Shown here one piece after another: positions 30,896 to 40,649 of a stretch of 64,000 nt of DNA. Each line of letters begins with the position of its first letter. The first letter of the stretch is position 1. The position numbers and the translations under genes are program-made. Below the pieces are notes generated by a model, which saw only the letters and a program-made list of their open reading frames with translations, searched no databases and was not told the origin of the DNA. The stretch comes from Acholeplasmataceae bacterium (GTDB lineage: Bacteria > Bacillota_I > Bacilli_A > Acholeplasmatales > Acholeplasmataceae), in assembly GCA_963667565.1 (NCBI GenBank), contig OY763415.1:1056001-1120000 (forward strand), in the 5' to 3' direction.

Positions 30896-33592
30896 TTATA
30901 TGTTGAATACAAAATCTATGGATGCTTCTATGCCAACCCTAATTTTCTTAAAAGGATTAGTTTGAATTATTTCATCAATAAGTCTTTCTCTTGATGTTGA
31001 TCCAATCTTGAAACTGCCTAATCCAATTTCCTTAAGTTCTTTGTTGACCTTTGAATTGTTTTTCGATATATTTCTAATCGATTTATACTTTGATCCGCCT
31101 AAAGATTTCGTTATACTTTTTGCAACTCCGTAACTTAATCCTGACAATACAGCACTTTTTACAAAACTTCCAATTCCATCTTCAAATGATTTGATGTCTC
31201 CCGATATAATTCCTCCGAGGACATCTCCTATACCAGATGCTACCATTGTACTTAACATGTTAGCTCCCAGTCCTCCTATTGCACCAGCAATTGTTGCACC
31301 AGCTAGTTCTCTTAGATTAACCTGAGAAATACTTTTATCCTCTATTACCATTTGACTAAATAAATTAGATCCTCCGGCAATTGTTGCACCAATCAATGCT
31401 CCAGCAACTGGTCCAGCAACACCAGCAGTTGCTACGGTTAATGCAATCACTGCAAATACGGCACCAACAATAATAATACCTTTTAGCCATCTAGGAAGAT
31501 TCCCATTTTCATCTGACAAATCAATTGGATTATTTTCACAGTATGTAAAAATATTTGTACCGGTTACAGTATCAGTATTCATATAATTTGTATTGTCTGT
31601 ATTGATGAATCTATTACAATATGGGTTATAGTATCTGCTCTTTAAATAATACCAAGCAGTTTCTTCATCATAATAGTAACCTTTGTAGACAAAACTGTTT
31701 AATTCTGCAATATCTTCTCCGATAGTATTTGGAGTATAAACTTTAGCAAGTAATTTACCCCATGCATCATATTTATATGATACCATAACTTCTTTATTTT
31801 CATCAACTATTTCTGTTATGACTCCAAGTAAGTCTCTAATGTAATAGTACATCTTGTTCAGGTATTCAAACCCTACTAAAAGACCTCTTTCATTATAGAT
31901 ATATCTGATTGACTGTGTTCCATTCTTTGTTTCTGAAATGATGTTTGATCCATTTAGTTCATAGGTTGTGATATCACTACCTACAATCTTTTTAGTTCTC
32001 ATACCTTCTTCATTGTAGAAATACTCGATATTATCTTTATTTGGTTCAGTTATTGCTGTTAATCTTCTGCCTGACCATGTTAACGATTTACTTCCTATTT
32101 GACTCGGATTACCCATAAAGTTACTACCAGTATACGAAATGAATTCTGTGCTGTTTTCAATTCCATCAACATACTTAATGATTCTAGTTAATTGATCTTT
32201 CCAAGCGTTATCATACTTATACTCATAAGACTCATTTGGTGTTAGTTGAGTTGAAAGTGGTTGATTGCCGTTGTAGTATTTCTTGAACTGAATATTGTTA
32301 TTACCAGTATAAGTCATGATTAGTGTTCGTCCAGATGGTTGTCCATCTATTGGATTATATTCTCTAACCAACCGGTTCAAGTAATCATACCCATATTCAT
32401 ACGTACCATCAGGTGTAGTCATTGATGTCACATTTCCAAGAGCATCATAAGCGTAAATAACGGTTGTACTGTCGTATTTTTGAATGGATTCTACTTGTAG
32501 GGATGATTTACCAGCACCTGGTGCTTTATAGGTATAACTGTTCTCTAATGAATGTAATCCAGTATTAATAACATCTTTTTTACTTCTACCTAAAATATCA
32601 ACATAGGTCTTAACAGATAATACATGATTGTTTTGGAATAGTTTTGTTACAGTGGCTGCATCAATCACATCATCTTTATAAGCTAGCATCTCTAATTGGC
32701 CATTTAGATGTTTTTCTGGTGTAAATCCATCAGTTGCTAGATCTGATCCAATCACTGTCATCGCATCTTTTAGTGATAATGATGCTGCTAAAGTTTTTGT
32801 TGTGACACCATTATTAACTTTAAATGTTGAACCATCCCATGTTAAGATGACTGTCTTCCATGCATCATAAGCATAAGTTGTTGTCCCAACAACATAATCG
32901 GTGCCATTAAGGACCATATAAAGTTTGTTATCTGTTTTTAGTTTAACACCAAATAAATTAACGCCATCTTTTTTATTCATGATGATTGTACGATCTGATG
33001 TTGATGTAACGACTGGCTTAAATCTAATACTCATAGATCCTTTTGATTTAAGGTCAAAATCATAGATAAGTTTACCTTTCGTATCCGCTAGACCCATCAA
33101 GCCATCATAACTACCATACACATGTTTATCATCAATATTGCTATACTCAAAAAGTCTTGTTTTATCAAGCGCATAACTCTTATCAGTATAAGCATAACTC
33201 TTAGGCTTAATACCTTGTTTAGAGATAAATGTACCATTTAAACTGACAGTATCTAATCCATCATAAATTTCTGGATTCTCAAATGATACACCAGTTTTAG
33301 GTGTCATATCAGGATCATTGGTTAAATATTTCTCGCCTTGTGCATGTAAGATACAAAATGTATCTTTTGTATGAATAAATGCGCCAATGCTAAACATATG
33401 CGATTTTAATTGATATGTTGAATTTGGTTCATCACTACCTACAGATGGTTGACTTCTATCACCGATAACTGCTTGATTGATTAAATGTGTAACACTAAAA
33501 CTACTCATAAATGAATATGCATATTGATCTTCTACTGCAAATCTTAATTCGGTATTACTTTCTGCTTTATTAATGGTTAAACCAATCAACAC
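30896..33592 (-). CDS. Rhs/YD-repeat protein with LamG-like domain, Rhs core and variable C-terminus; probably 5'-truncated
   Basis: YAYDALGN, YDYLNRL, YKYDAWG, YYYDEETAWYYLKSRYYNP, YCENNPIDLSDENG, then Gly/Ala-rich hydrophobic segment and basic tip; no signal peptide. Confidence 0.85.
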   Translation of the reverse strand: MLIGLTINKAESNTELRFAVEDQYAYSFMSSFSVTHLINQAVIGDRSQPSVGSDEPNSTYQLKSHMFSIGAFIHTKDTFCILHAQGEKYLTNDPDMTPKTGVSFENPEIYDGLDTVSLNGTFISKQGIKPKSYAYTDKSYALDKTRLFEYSNIDDKHVYGSYDGLMGLADTKGKLIYDFDLKSKGSMSIRFKPVVTSTSDRTIIMNKKDGVNLFGVKLKTDNKLYMVLNGTDYVVGTTTYAYDAWKTVILTWDGSTFKVNNGVTTKTLAASLSLKDAMTVIGSDLATDGFTPEKHLNGQLEMLAYKDDVIDAATVTKLFQNNHVLSVKTYVDILGRSKKDVINTGLHSLENSYTYKAPGAGKSSLQVESIQKYDSTTVIYAYDALGNVTSMTTPDGTYEYGYDYLNRLVREYNPIDGQPSGRTLIMTYTGNNNIQFKKYYNGNQPLSTQLTPNESYEYKYDNAWKDQLTRIIKYVDGIENSTEFISYTGSNFMGNPSQIGSKSLTWSGRRLTAITEPNKDNIEYFYNEEGMRTKKIVGSDITTYELNGSNIISETKNGTQSIRYIYNERGLLVGFEYLNKMYYYIRDLLGVITEIVDENKEVMVSYKYDAWGKLLAKVYTPNTIGEDIAELNSFVYKGYYYDEETAWYYLKSRYYNPYCNRFINTDNTNYMNTDTVTGTNIFTYCENNPIDLSDENGNLPRWLKGIIIVGAVFAVIALTVATAGVAGPVAGALIGATIAGGSNLFSQMVIEDKSISQVNLRELAGATIAGAIGGLGANMLSTMVASGIGDVLGGIISGDIKSFEDGIGSFVKSAVLSGLSYGVAKSITKSLGGSKYKSIRNISKNNSKVNKELKEIGLGSFKIGSTSRERLIDEIIQTNPFKKIRVGIEASIDFVFNI

Positions 33593-33649
33593 GATTTCTC
33601 CTTAAGATAAGGCGTACACCTGGTGTTATCCTTTCTCATTTTTATGTCT

Positions 33650-33807
33650 CTACACATAAAGACAACTCAAAATAAGAATTTGCACACTTTTTTTCACTTT
33701 AACTTCTGCAAGATCATTGATAAGCGCTCCACCTAGTGCTATCAGCTGACTTTCAGATGATGTTTCTAATACAGATAGAATCAGTGAAACAAGCATAATC
33801 TTTTCAT
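33650..33807 (-). pseudogene. Frameshifted remnant of a secreted-protein 5' end
   Basis: Strong RBS AAGGAGG (33820-33814) then ATG 33807 gives MKRLCLFH*; one extra A restores MKKIMLVSLILSVL (signal-peptide-like). Confidence 0.4.
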
Positions 33808-33897
33808 ATGCATCCTCCTTTCTTGGTATAGTTTTAGGGTATCTTTTGCTATACAAACAAAACAGGACAATTTTATCCTTGATATTGGGGGGGGACT

Positions 33898-34827
33898 ATG
33901 TTAATAGATGGGGGTATTATCATATTAGAAAGACTACGTGTGGGAAGAGGTTATAGGAGTCAAGAAAAGTTTGTGAATGATGTTTGTGATGTCAGACAAT
34001 ACAGAAAGTATTTATCAGGATCATCTCGTATACCATCGGACATATTTTTTTCACTCATAGGGAGACTGAACATGACTATTGAGGAGGTATTAAAGTTTTA
34101 TCTAGACACATCTAAAAAAGAAAAAAAGACCCTTCAAAACTTATATAATAAGTTATTGAGTGATCATTTGGATGGATTGAATATTCAAATTAAGGCTTTA
34201 GAAGAAACATTGTTTGTAGAAAGTGCTGATCAAATGTTTTTTAACTTTTGTATACTTCTCTACAATTATAAAAAAAATAACCTTACACAAATACACTATA
34301 CGGAACTTGTGAAAGAACTTATTCATTTTGATGAATTGTTGACATAAGAAATCATATCTCTTTATGAAATGATTATTTTGGCAAACTTAATAACTGAATT
34401 AAACGCATCTGATAATGTTTTAGTAATAAACAAACTATCTGAAACACTCAAAACTTATAAGATTAACGATTTAGCTTCACTGGATTTTTATTTGATTGTT
34501 TTATATACCGTGATAAGAATACATGGGTTAAATCATCATTTTGATCAAGCAATTGAATTATGCGATGCTGGTGTGAGATTATCCACTCAATATCATCATT
34601 TTTATCTTTTGTCACATCTATATTATCTAAAGGCCTATTATTTTAATAAATTGAATCAAATAGAAGATAGAGATAAAGAAATTCATTTATGCATTAACAC
34701 TCTAGAAATCAGTTCTCATGATTCTTTGGCTCATAAAATACGTGATTTAATATCACAGGAATTCACATTGGATATTCATGATTTTGAAATGAATTACTGG
34801 AAAAACAATAAAGAGGCATCTTCCTAA
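33898..34827 (+). pseudogene. XRE-HTH + TPR (Rgg/PlcR-like) regulator split by in-frame TAA at 34345-34347
   Basis: ORFs 33898-34347 and 34369-34827 are in the same frame, joined by EIISLYE; HTH LRVGRGYRSQE...RQYRKYLSG; helical TPR-like C half. Confidence 0.75.
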
Positions 34828-34992
34828 ATCCAATTGGTTTTCATATGCTTTTCGGAAATGAAACAATCAACGTCTCATTTATTATGAGAGATACAAAAAT
34901 TTATCGACAGTTTTATACAAAAAAATGTCCCCAAAGGACATTTATTATATCATCAGTTCGTTTATGGGAACCAATTCAAGATATTTTTGGAG
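34493..34992 (+). repeat. Duplicated regulator 3' part plus cassette right end, copy 1
   Basis: Colinear with 35801-36091, ending at AAGATATTTTTGGAG. Confidence 0.9.
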
Positions 34993-35033
34993 TTTCTGTT
35001 AACCATAAAGGGTCTTATTTTTAGGGGCTTTTC

Positions 35034-35078
35034 AACCTTAACTGGTAAGGAAATGACAAATCGAGAATAATCGAGTAA
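35034..35078 (+). repeat. 45-bp cassette-end repeat, copy 2
   Basis: 39/45 identical to 29908-29952. Confidence 0.85.
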
Positions 35079-35212
35079 ATAGTGAAAAAATAAGGAAAGT
35101 TAATGATTAATCAAAAATGACTATTCAGACAATTTTCTGACTACATGGATTGTTAAGTTCGAATAAAAAGGAGCAGATTACTATAAAATAGCAATAATCC
35201 TAACTCCTTATT

Positions 35213-35611
35213 TTAAAATATAATTTTACTTACAACCTTGTTTATTTTTTTTACATACTTTTTATAATTTAGTCCTAGTGTAAAAATCCAATTATCATTA
35301 ATATATATGATAGTTTCATCTAAATCAATAAGATAGAACACGATAAAAGTATCTATTCCATCAAAATAAAACAATTCGCTTCGGGTAAATTTCTCCTTAG
35401 TAGTTGCAACAACAATAATCGTCTTAAACTCTTTTTTTTGCCTCATTAAGCTACTAACATCATCTAGTGCCTCGTTAATATTAATTTTATTTACTTCTTT
35501 ATCATAAAAAACCAAGTATCTTTTTTTTGCCAATTGATAGCAATTACTAGACATGCTCTTACTTTCTACCAATGATAAGCTTTCAATAATTTTTGTCTTG
35601 ATTTTTTCCAT
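35213..35611 (-). CDS. Hypothetical 132-aa protein; putative orphan Rhs immunity protein
   Basis: ATG 35611 after GGAGG; intact; occupies the post-Rhs slot of cassette 2. Confidence 0.55.
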   Translation of the reverse strand: MEKIKTKIIESLSLVESKSMSSNCYQLAKKRYLVFYDKEVNKININEALDDVSSLMRQKKEFKTIIVVATTKEKFTRSELFYFDGIDTFIVFYLIDLDETIIYINDNWIFTLGLNYKKYVKKINKVVSKIIF

Positions 35612-35650
35612 TCGTTTACCTCCATAAAGGTACCATAGGTACTGTATCTG

Positions 35651-35806
35651 CCCCAAGAATCATATTGATTTGATACCATAACAGATCTATTTTCATCTAC
35701 AACTTCTGTAATAATTCCAAGTAAATCTCTTACATATAATTATACACTTTGTTTGAATACTCAAAACCTACAATTAATTCTCTTTCATTATAGATCTAAC
35801 TGATTG
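35651..35806 (-). pseudogene. Rhs gene remnant
   Basis: Homologous to 31758-31911: IYNERELIVGFEYSNKVY../RDLLGIITEVVDENRSVMVSNQYDSWG vs IYNERGLLVGFEYLNKMYYYIRDLLGVITEIVDENKEVMVSYKYDAWG; frameshifted. Confidence 0.8.
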
Positions 35807-36091
35807 TTTTATATACCGTAATAAGAATACATGGCTCAAATCATCATTTTTATCTTTTATACATCTATATTATCTAAAGGTCTATTATTTTAATAAATTG
35901 AATCAAATAGAAGATAGAGATAAAGTAATTCACATTGGATATTCATGATTTTGAAATAAATCAATCAACTTCTCATGTCATTATGAGAGATACAAAAATT
36001 TATCGATAGTTTTATACAAATAAATGTCCCCAAAGGACATTTATTATACCATCAGTTCGTTTATAGGAACCAATTCAAGATATTTTTGGAG
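35801..36091 (+). repeat. Duplicated regulator remnant plus cassette right end, copy 2 (three internal deletions)
   Basis: Colinear with 34493-34992. Confidence 0.9.
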
Positions 36092-36160
36092 GCCTCAAAC
36101 GGATTTGAACCGATGATCAGGCAGTTGCAGTGCCTTGCCTTACCACTTGGCTATGAGGCC
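36087..36160 (-). tRNA. tRNA-Cys (GCA)
   Basis: GGCCTCATAGCCAAGTGGTAAGGCAAGGCACTGCAACTGCCTGATCATCGGTTCAAATCCGTTTGAGGCCTCCA; cloverleaf with encoded CCA; promoter TTGACT-18-TATAAT upstream. Confidence 0.96.
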
Positions 36161-36206
36161 ATCAATGCGCTATATCATTATACCCTTATTAACCATGAAA
36201 AGTCAA

Positions 36207-36674
36207 TCAATTTTTTAACTCGTTTTTGAACTTTTCAATCCACAAATCAATTGCACTCATAATGTGTTCATATGTCTCAACAAAATTACCTGAATAGTAA
36301 GGATCTGGAATCGATTTTTTGTTGCTTTCATGTAAAATATCTAAAAACAAATGAACTTTATGTCCATTTCTCTTATTCATTTTAATTAATGTATGAACGT
36401 TGGATTCATCCATACCTATAATATAGTCAAAATTGTTAAAATCAGAATCAGATATTTGTTTTGCATACATATCATCAGTATTGATATGATTTTGATGCAA
36501 AATTTGTTTGGTGCCTCTATGTACAGGGTTACCTACTTCCCAACTTGAAGTCGCTCTTGATTCAATCAAGATATCTTTTTCCAGTCCCAAATCTTTAATT
36601 CTTTTTTTGAATAATCCTTCTGCCATTGGAGATCTACAAATATTTCCTAGACATACAAATACAACTTTAATCAT
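36207..36674 (-). CDS. Low molecular weight protein-tyrosine phosphatase
   Basis: VCLGNICRSPMAE, IPDPYY; start ATG 36674. Confidence 0.93.
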   Translation of the reverse strand: MIKVVFVCLGNICRSPMAEGLFKKRIKDLGLEKDILIESRATSSWEVGNPVHRGTKQILHQNHINTDDMYAKQISDSDFNNFDYIIGMDESNVHTLIKMNKRNGHKVHLFLDILHESNKKSIPDPYYSGNFVETYEHIMSAIDLWIEKFKNELKN

Positions 36675-36721
36675 TTTATCACCTGTGGTAATTATAGCAT
36701 ATTTCACATTTTTTTAAAACA

Positions 36722-36795
36722 TTAGCACTTATATATTGACAGTGCCAATTTTATGTTTTATAATATGATTGGCAATTGATTGTATAGACTGCCAA
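36722..36795 (+). promoter_or_regulatory. Two CIRCE (HrcA) elements overlapping and flanking the clpB sigma-A promoter
   Basis: TTAGCACTT-N9-CAGTGCCAA (36722-36748), TTGGCAATT-N9-GACTGCCAA (36769-36795); TTGACA 36736, 17 nt, TATAAT 36759. Confidence 0.85.
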
Positions 36796-36810
36796 AAAGG
36801 AGGTATGTTT

Positions 36811-38949
36811 ATGAATTTAAATCAAATGGAAGATTATAATAATGATCCCAAAATATTAGAAAAATTTGGTAGAAACATTGTCGAAGAAGTTAAAAAAGGT
36901 AAAATTGATCCTGTCATCGGTAGAGAAGATGAAATTAGACGTGTGATCAAGATTTTATCACGAAAAACAAAGAATAATCCAGTGCTTATCGGCGAACCTG
37001 GTGTTGGTAAGACAGCAATTGTTGAAGGTTTAGCAAGACGTATTGTTGATAAAGATGTCCCTCTAGGTTTACAAAACAAAATGATATATGAATTAGATTT
37101 AGCTGCACTTGTAGCAGGCGCTAAGTTTAGAGGTGAATTTGAAGAACGTTTAAAAGCTGTACTAAAGAAAATCAAAGACTCCGATGGTGAAATCATCATG
37201 TTTATCGATGAAATTCATTCAATTGTGGGTGCTGGTAGAGTTGATGGTGCTATGGATGCATCTAATATGCTTAAACCGATGCTTGCTAGAGGTGAATTAC
37301 ATTGTGTAGGTGCAACTACTCTTAATGAATATAGAAAATACATTGAAAAAGATTCTGCTCTAGAGCGTAGATTTCAAAAGGTTCAAATTGATGAGCCAAA
37401 TGTCGAAGATACAATCAGTATATTAAGAGGTTTAAAATCTCGATTTGAAGCACATCATGGTGTTCATATTTCAGATCCAGCGATTATTGCTGCTGCTACG
37501 TTATCAAATCGATATATAACAGATCGTTTCTTGCCAGATAAAGCGATTGACTTAATAGATGAAGCATGTGCTTCTATTCGTATGGAAATTGATTCAATGC
37601 CAGTTGAATTAGATGATGTTACAAGAAAGCTCATGCAATTAGAAATTGAAAAAACAGCACTCGATAAAGAAACAGATCCAATATCAAAAGATAGATTACT
37701 AAAAATTAAAGATGAGATTAAGAATCTAAAACTTAAAGACAAAGAACTACGTTCGAAATGGGAACAAGAAAAAGAACACTTAAATAAAATCAAAGATAAG
37801 AAAAATGATTTAGAAAAATTGCGTAACGAATTACAAAATGCACTTAACGATAGTAACTATAGTAAAGCTGCTGAATTGCAATATGCTAAAATACCACAGT
37901 TAGAACAAGAGATTAACCAGATGTCTGATGAATCAAACACAGATGATAAATTGTTAACAGAGGTTGTAACAGAAGAAAGTATTGCAGAAATCGTTTCAAA
38001 ATGGACACTCATTCCAATCTCTAAGTTAATGTCTGGAGACAAAGAAAAATTACTTCACTTAGAAGAAACTTTAAAAGAAAGAGTCATTGGACAAGATCAT
38101 GCTCTTAAGTTGATCAGTGATGCGATTATTCGTCAAAGAGCTGGTATAAAAGATGAACAAAGACCCATAGGTTCATTCTTGTTTTTAGGACCTACAGGTG
38201 TTGGTAAAACTGAAGTAGCAAGAGCTCTTGCCGATAGTTTGTTTGATAATGAGCATCAAATCATTAGAATTGATATGAGTGAATATATGGAATCTCACAG
38301 CGTCTCTAGACTCATTGGTTCTCCTCCAGGATATGTTGGATATGATGAGGGTGGGCAATTAACTGAGGCAGTTAGAAGAAAACCTTATTCTATTGTTTTA
38401 TTTGATGAAGTAGAAAAAGCTCATCCCGAAATATTTAATGTTCTTCTTCAAATTCTTGATGATGGTCGATTAACAGATAATCAAGGTAGAACTGTTGATT
38501 TTAAAAATACAATCATTATTATGACATCAAACATTGGTAGTGATTTACTTCTATCTTCTGAGGAAGATTCAAAGGACAAAGTTTTACAAATTGTTAAATC
38601 AAAATTTAAACCAGAATTTTTAAACCGCATAGATGAACAAATCATATTCAATCCATTAGGACTCAAAGTGCAAGTCAAAATTGCAGAAAAACTACTCAAA
38701 GAATTGCGCTTGCGTTTACTTGATAAACATATCACAATAGATTTTAATGAAAATGTTGAAAAATATATCATTAAACATGGATTCAACGATGAATATGGTG
38801 CTAGACCTTTAAAAAGATTTATTCAAAGACAGATTGAAACGTTTATTGCAACTAAAATGATTGAAGGACACTTATTGCCTCATCATGCATATGATCTCAC
38901 TGTTGATGAAGATCAATTAATTTTAAAAGAAAAAAGTAGAGTTAGTTAA
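36811..38949 (+). CDS. clpB: ClpB chaperone lacking N-terminal domain
   Basis: Two AAA+ modules ([16 protein letters not shown]), coiled-coil M domain; RBS AAGGAGG before ATG 36811. Confidence 0.92.
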   Translation: MNLNQMEDYNNDPKILEKFGRNIVEEVKKGKIDPVIGREDEIRRVIKILSRKTKNNPVLIGEPGVGKTAIVEGLARRIVDKDVPLGLQNKMIYELDLAALVAGAKFRGEFEERLKAVLKKIKDSDGEIIMFIDEIHSIVGAGRVDGAMDASNMLKPMLARGELHCVGATTLNEYRKYIEKDSALERRFQKVQIDEPNVEDTISILRGLKSRFEAHHGVHISDPAIIAAATLSNRYITDRFLPDKAIDLIDEACASIRMEIDSMPVELDDVTRKLMQLEIEKTALDKETDPISKDRLLKIKDEIKNLKLKDKELRSKWEQEKEHLNKIKDKKNDLEKLRNELQNALNDSNYSKAAELQYAKIPQLEQEINQMSDESNTDDKLLTEVVTEESIAEIVSKWTLIPISKLMSGDKEKLLHLEETLKERVIGQDHALKLISDAIIRQRAGIKDEQRPIGSFLFLGPTGVGKTEVARALADSLFDNEHQIIRIDMSEYMESHSVSRLIGSPPGYVGYDEGGQLTEAVRRKPYSIVLFDEVEKAHPEIFNVLLQILDDGRLTDNQGRTVDFKNTIIIMTSNIGSDLLLSSEEDSKDKVLQIVKSKFKPEFLNRIDEQIIFNPLGLKVQVKIAEKLLKELRLRLLDKHITIDFNENVEKYIIKHGFNDEYGARPLKRFIQRQIETFIATKMIEGHLLPHHAYDLTVDEDQLILKEKSRVS

Positions 38950-38963
38950 CTCTACTTTATTTT

Positions 38964-39968
38964 TTATAAGACACCTAAACTTCTTAACACGACAATGATA
39001 ATAAAAATGGTTAGTACCGAACCTATAGATGTCCAAACCACCAGTTGACTTGCAAGTTGATCATCATTATCCATTTCTGATGCCATGATTACAGATGAGA
39101 CTGCAACTGGCGATGCAAACAATGCGATAAGTGCAGGAAATACATTGTCAAATTGGTGATTTTTTAAATTAATAAAATACGCGATTGCCAAAATAATAGT
39201 TGGTGCGATGACAATACGCCATAATGTTCCAATAACAATCTGATTTTTTAGTTTTTTAACTACAGACATTTCAAATTGTCCACCTAATGCAATTAATGCG
39301 AGTGGAGATGCTGTTTGACTTATCCAAAGAATGACTTTGTATATAAATGGCAATGAATATTGAATTGTAAAGACAGGTATATGGTCTTCATTTAAAGGAA
39401 CAAATGATCGAATACCAATTACAATTAAAGCAACGATCACACCAATGATAAGTGGGTTTTTTAATACATTAAATAAAATTGATTTAAAATCCACTTTTCC
39501 ATGTTCATTTCTTTGAAACATTGATAAACTTATGACGCCTAAAGTATTACTAATAGGTAGTGCGAATGCAAAGAGTAAACTCATCACTTCAATCGCTTGT
39601 GCACTCCCTAGTGCTTGAGCTAAGGGAAGGCCTATTAAAGCAAAATTAGATCTAAATGCAGCTGATAAAATGACACCTTTTTGTTTTGGTTCTTTAATAA
39701 AAAATAAAGCGGTTAAATACGCTAAAATAAATAACACAAATAAACCTATAATTGCAAAGCCAATAACAAACCAATTGATGTTAGATAAGCTTTGAACAGA
39801 ATAAATATTTATAAATAGTAATGCAGGTAAAGCGATTCTAAATATGTATTTGTTAAGTTGACTGAAAAAAAGACTATCAAGAAACTTTATTCTTTTTAAG
39901 AAATATCCAAATAAGAACAAAATGATGATAGGCAAAATCGCATTTAAAGCAAACAAAAAAGCATTCAT
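38964..39968 (-). CDS. AEC (auxin efflux carrier) family transporter
   Basis: IFRIALPALLF, RSNFALIGLP, KNPLII, ASPVAV. Confidence 0.85.
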   Translation of the reverse strand: MNAFLFALNAILPIIILFLFGYFLKRIKFLDSLFFSQLNKYIFRIALPALLFINIYSVQSLSNINWFVIGFAIIGLFVLFILAYLTALFFIKEPKQKGVILSAAFRSNFALIGLPLAQALGSAQAIEVMSLLFAFALPISNTLGVISLSMFQRNEHGKVDFKSILFNVLKNPLIIGVIVALIVIGIRSFVPLNEDHIPVFTIQYSLPFIYKVILWISQTASPLALIALGGQFEMSVVKKLKNQIVIGTLWRIVIAPTIILAIAYFINLKNHQFDNVFPALIALFASPVAVSSVIMASEMDNDDQLASQLVVWTSIGSVLTIFIIIVVLRSLGVL

Positions 39969-40043
39969 AAAATATTAACCTTTTATCTTTCTATTACTTT
40001 AACATTGTAACATAATAAAACTTAAAAAAAAGAAGCATAGCTT

Positions 40044-40529
40044 CTATTTTTTTGAATAATCTTGTTTTCTTACAGTACCATCAACTTTATGAATAACAAT
40101 CGATGAATCTTGATTGTCTGCTAGACTTTTTGCGTATTCAATCGCTTCTGCTTGGGTTTTAAAAAACTTAATGGTTTTAGTTGATCCTTCTTTACGAACT
40201 CGCCACTCTTTATAATGCGGTGTATCTTCTTTCTTATTTTGTGAAATATGATACTTAGCAACTTTATCTTTTGGTTCTTCTTCAAGTGGTTCTTTTACAA
40301 CTTCCTTTGGTTTTGTTTCCTTTTTAGCAGGCTTTTCTACAACTGCTTCTTTTGATTCAACTGGTTTATTTTGAACTTCAATAACCTCTTTTTTTGGTTC
40401 AACTGGTTCAACAACTTTTTCTTCTTGAACCTTGTTAGCATCGATCACTTCAACTTTTTTAGCCTGTTCAGCTTCCTTTAATTTTTGAGCTGCTTCTAAA
40501 CGCGCTTTTCTTTTCTTAAAAAACCACAT
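40044..40529 (-). CDS. DUF2188-like domain protein with Lys/Glu/Pro-rich linker
   Basis: C-terminal WRVRKEGS...FKTQAEAI...IHKVDG. Confidence 0.7.
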   Translation of the reverse strand: MWFFKKRKARLEAAQKLKEAEQAKKVEVIDANKVQEEKVVEPVEPKKEVIEVQNKPVESKEAVVEKPAKKETKPKEVVKEPLEEEPKDKVAKYHISQNKKEDTPHYKEWRVRKEGSTKTIKFFKTQAEAIEYAKSLADNQDSSIVIHKVDGTVRKQDYSKK

Positions 40530-40649
40530 ATCTAATACCCCTTTTCATCTCTATTTATCTTTATTATAATATTGAAAAAATTAAATATCAAGAATTTACA
40601 CTTATATCACATGATTTTAAAAAAAACACCCAAATTTTGGGTGTTTAAG

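Larger units (their letters stand above)
29895..34992. mobile_element. tRNA-Cys-associated cassette 1 (putative immunity gene, Rhs gene, split HTH-TPR regulator); no integrase
   Basis: Left end TGAAGTCTCTGCTAACC matches 34988 TGGAGTTTCTGTTAACC (14/17); right-end sequence is duplicated just before the tRNA 3' end. Confidence 0.6.
34988..36091. mobile_element. tRNA-Cys-associated cassette 2, heavily deleted (intact orphan gene, Rhs remnant, regulator remnant)
   Basis: Same order of parts as cassette 1; bounded by TGGAG (tRNA 3' CTCCA) at both ends. Confidence 0.65.

Noticed and set aside
33885..33894. G8 run before the regulator as target of the C7-loop sRNA
   Set aside because: Only a low-complexity ~9-nt match to a pseudogene in an accessory cassette; not supportable without genome-wide prediction
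34345..34347. Stop-codon recoding (genetic code 4) to explain the split regulator
   Set aside because: The stop is TAA, not TGA, and other genes end normally at TGA (e.g. 49856-49858, 51275-51277)
34858..34887. MKQSTSHLL* as a signalling peptide downstream of the regulator
   Set aside because: No RBS, not hydrophobic, start not preserved in the second copy
29895..36091. Prophage or IS element
   Set aside because: No integrase, transposase or phage structural gene and no terminal inverted repeats visible
36769..38949. clpB as a 5'-truncated pseudogene
   Set aside because: Intact promoter, CIRCE boxes and strong RBS directly precede the start; N-domain-less ClpB is known in Mollicutes
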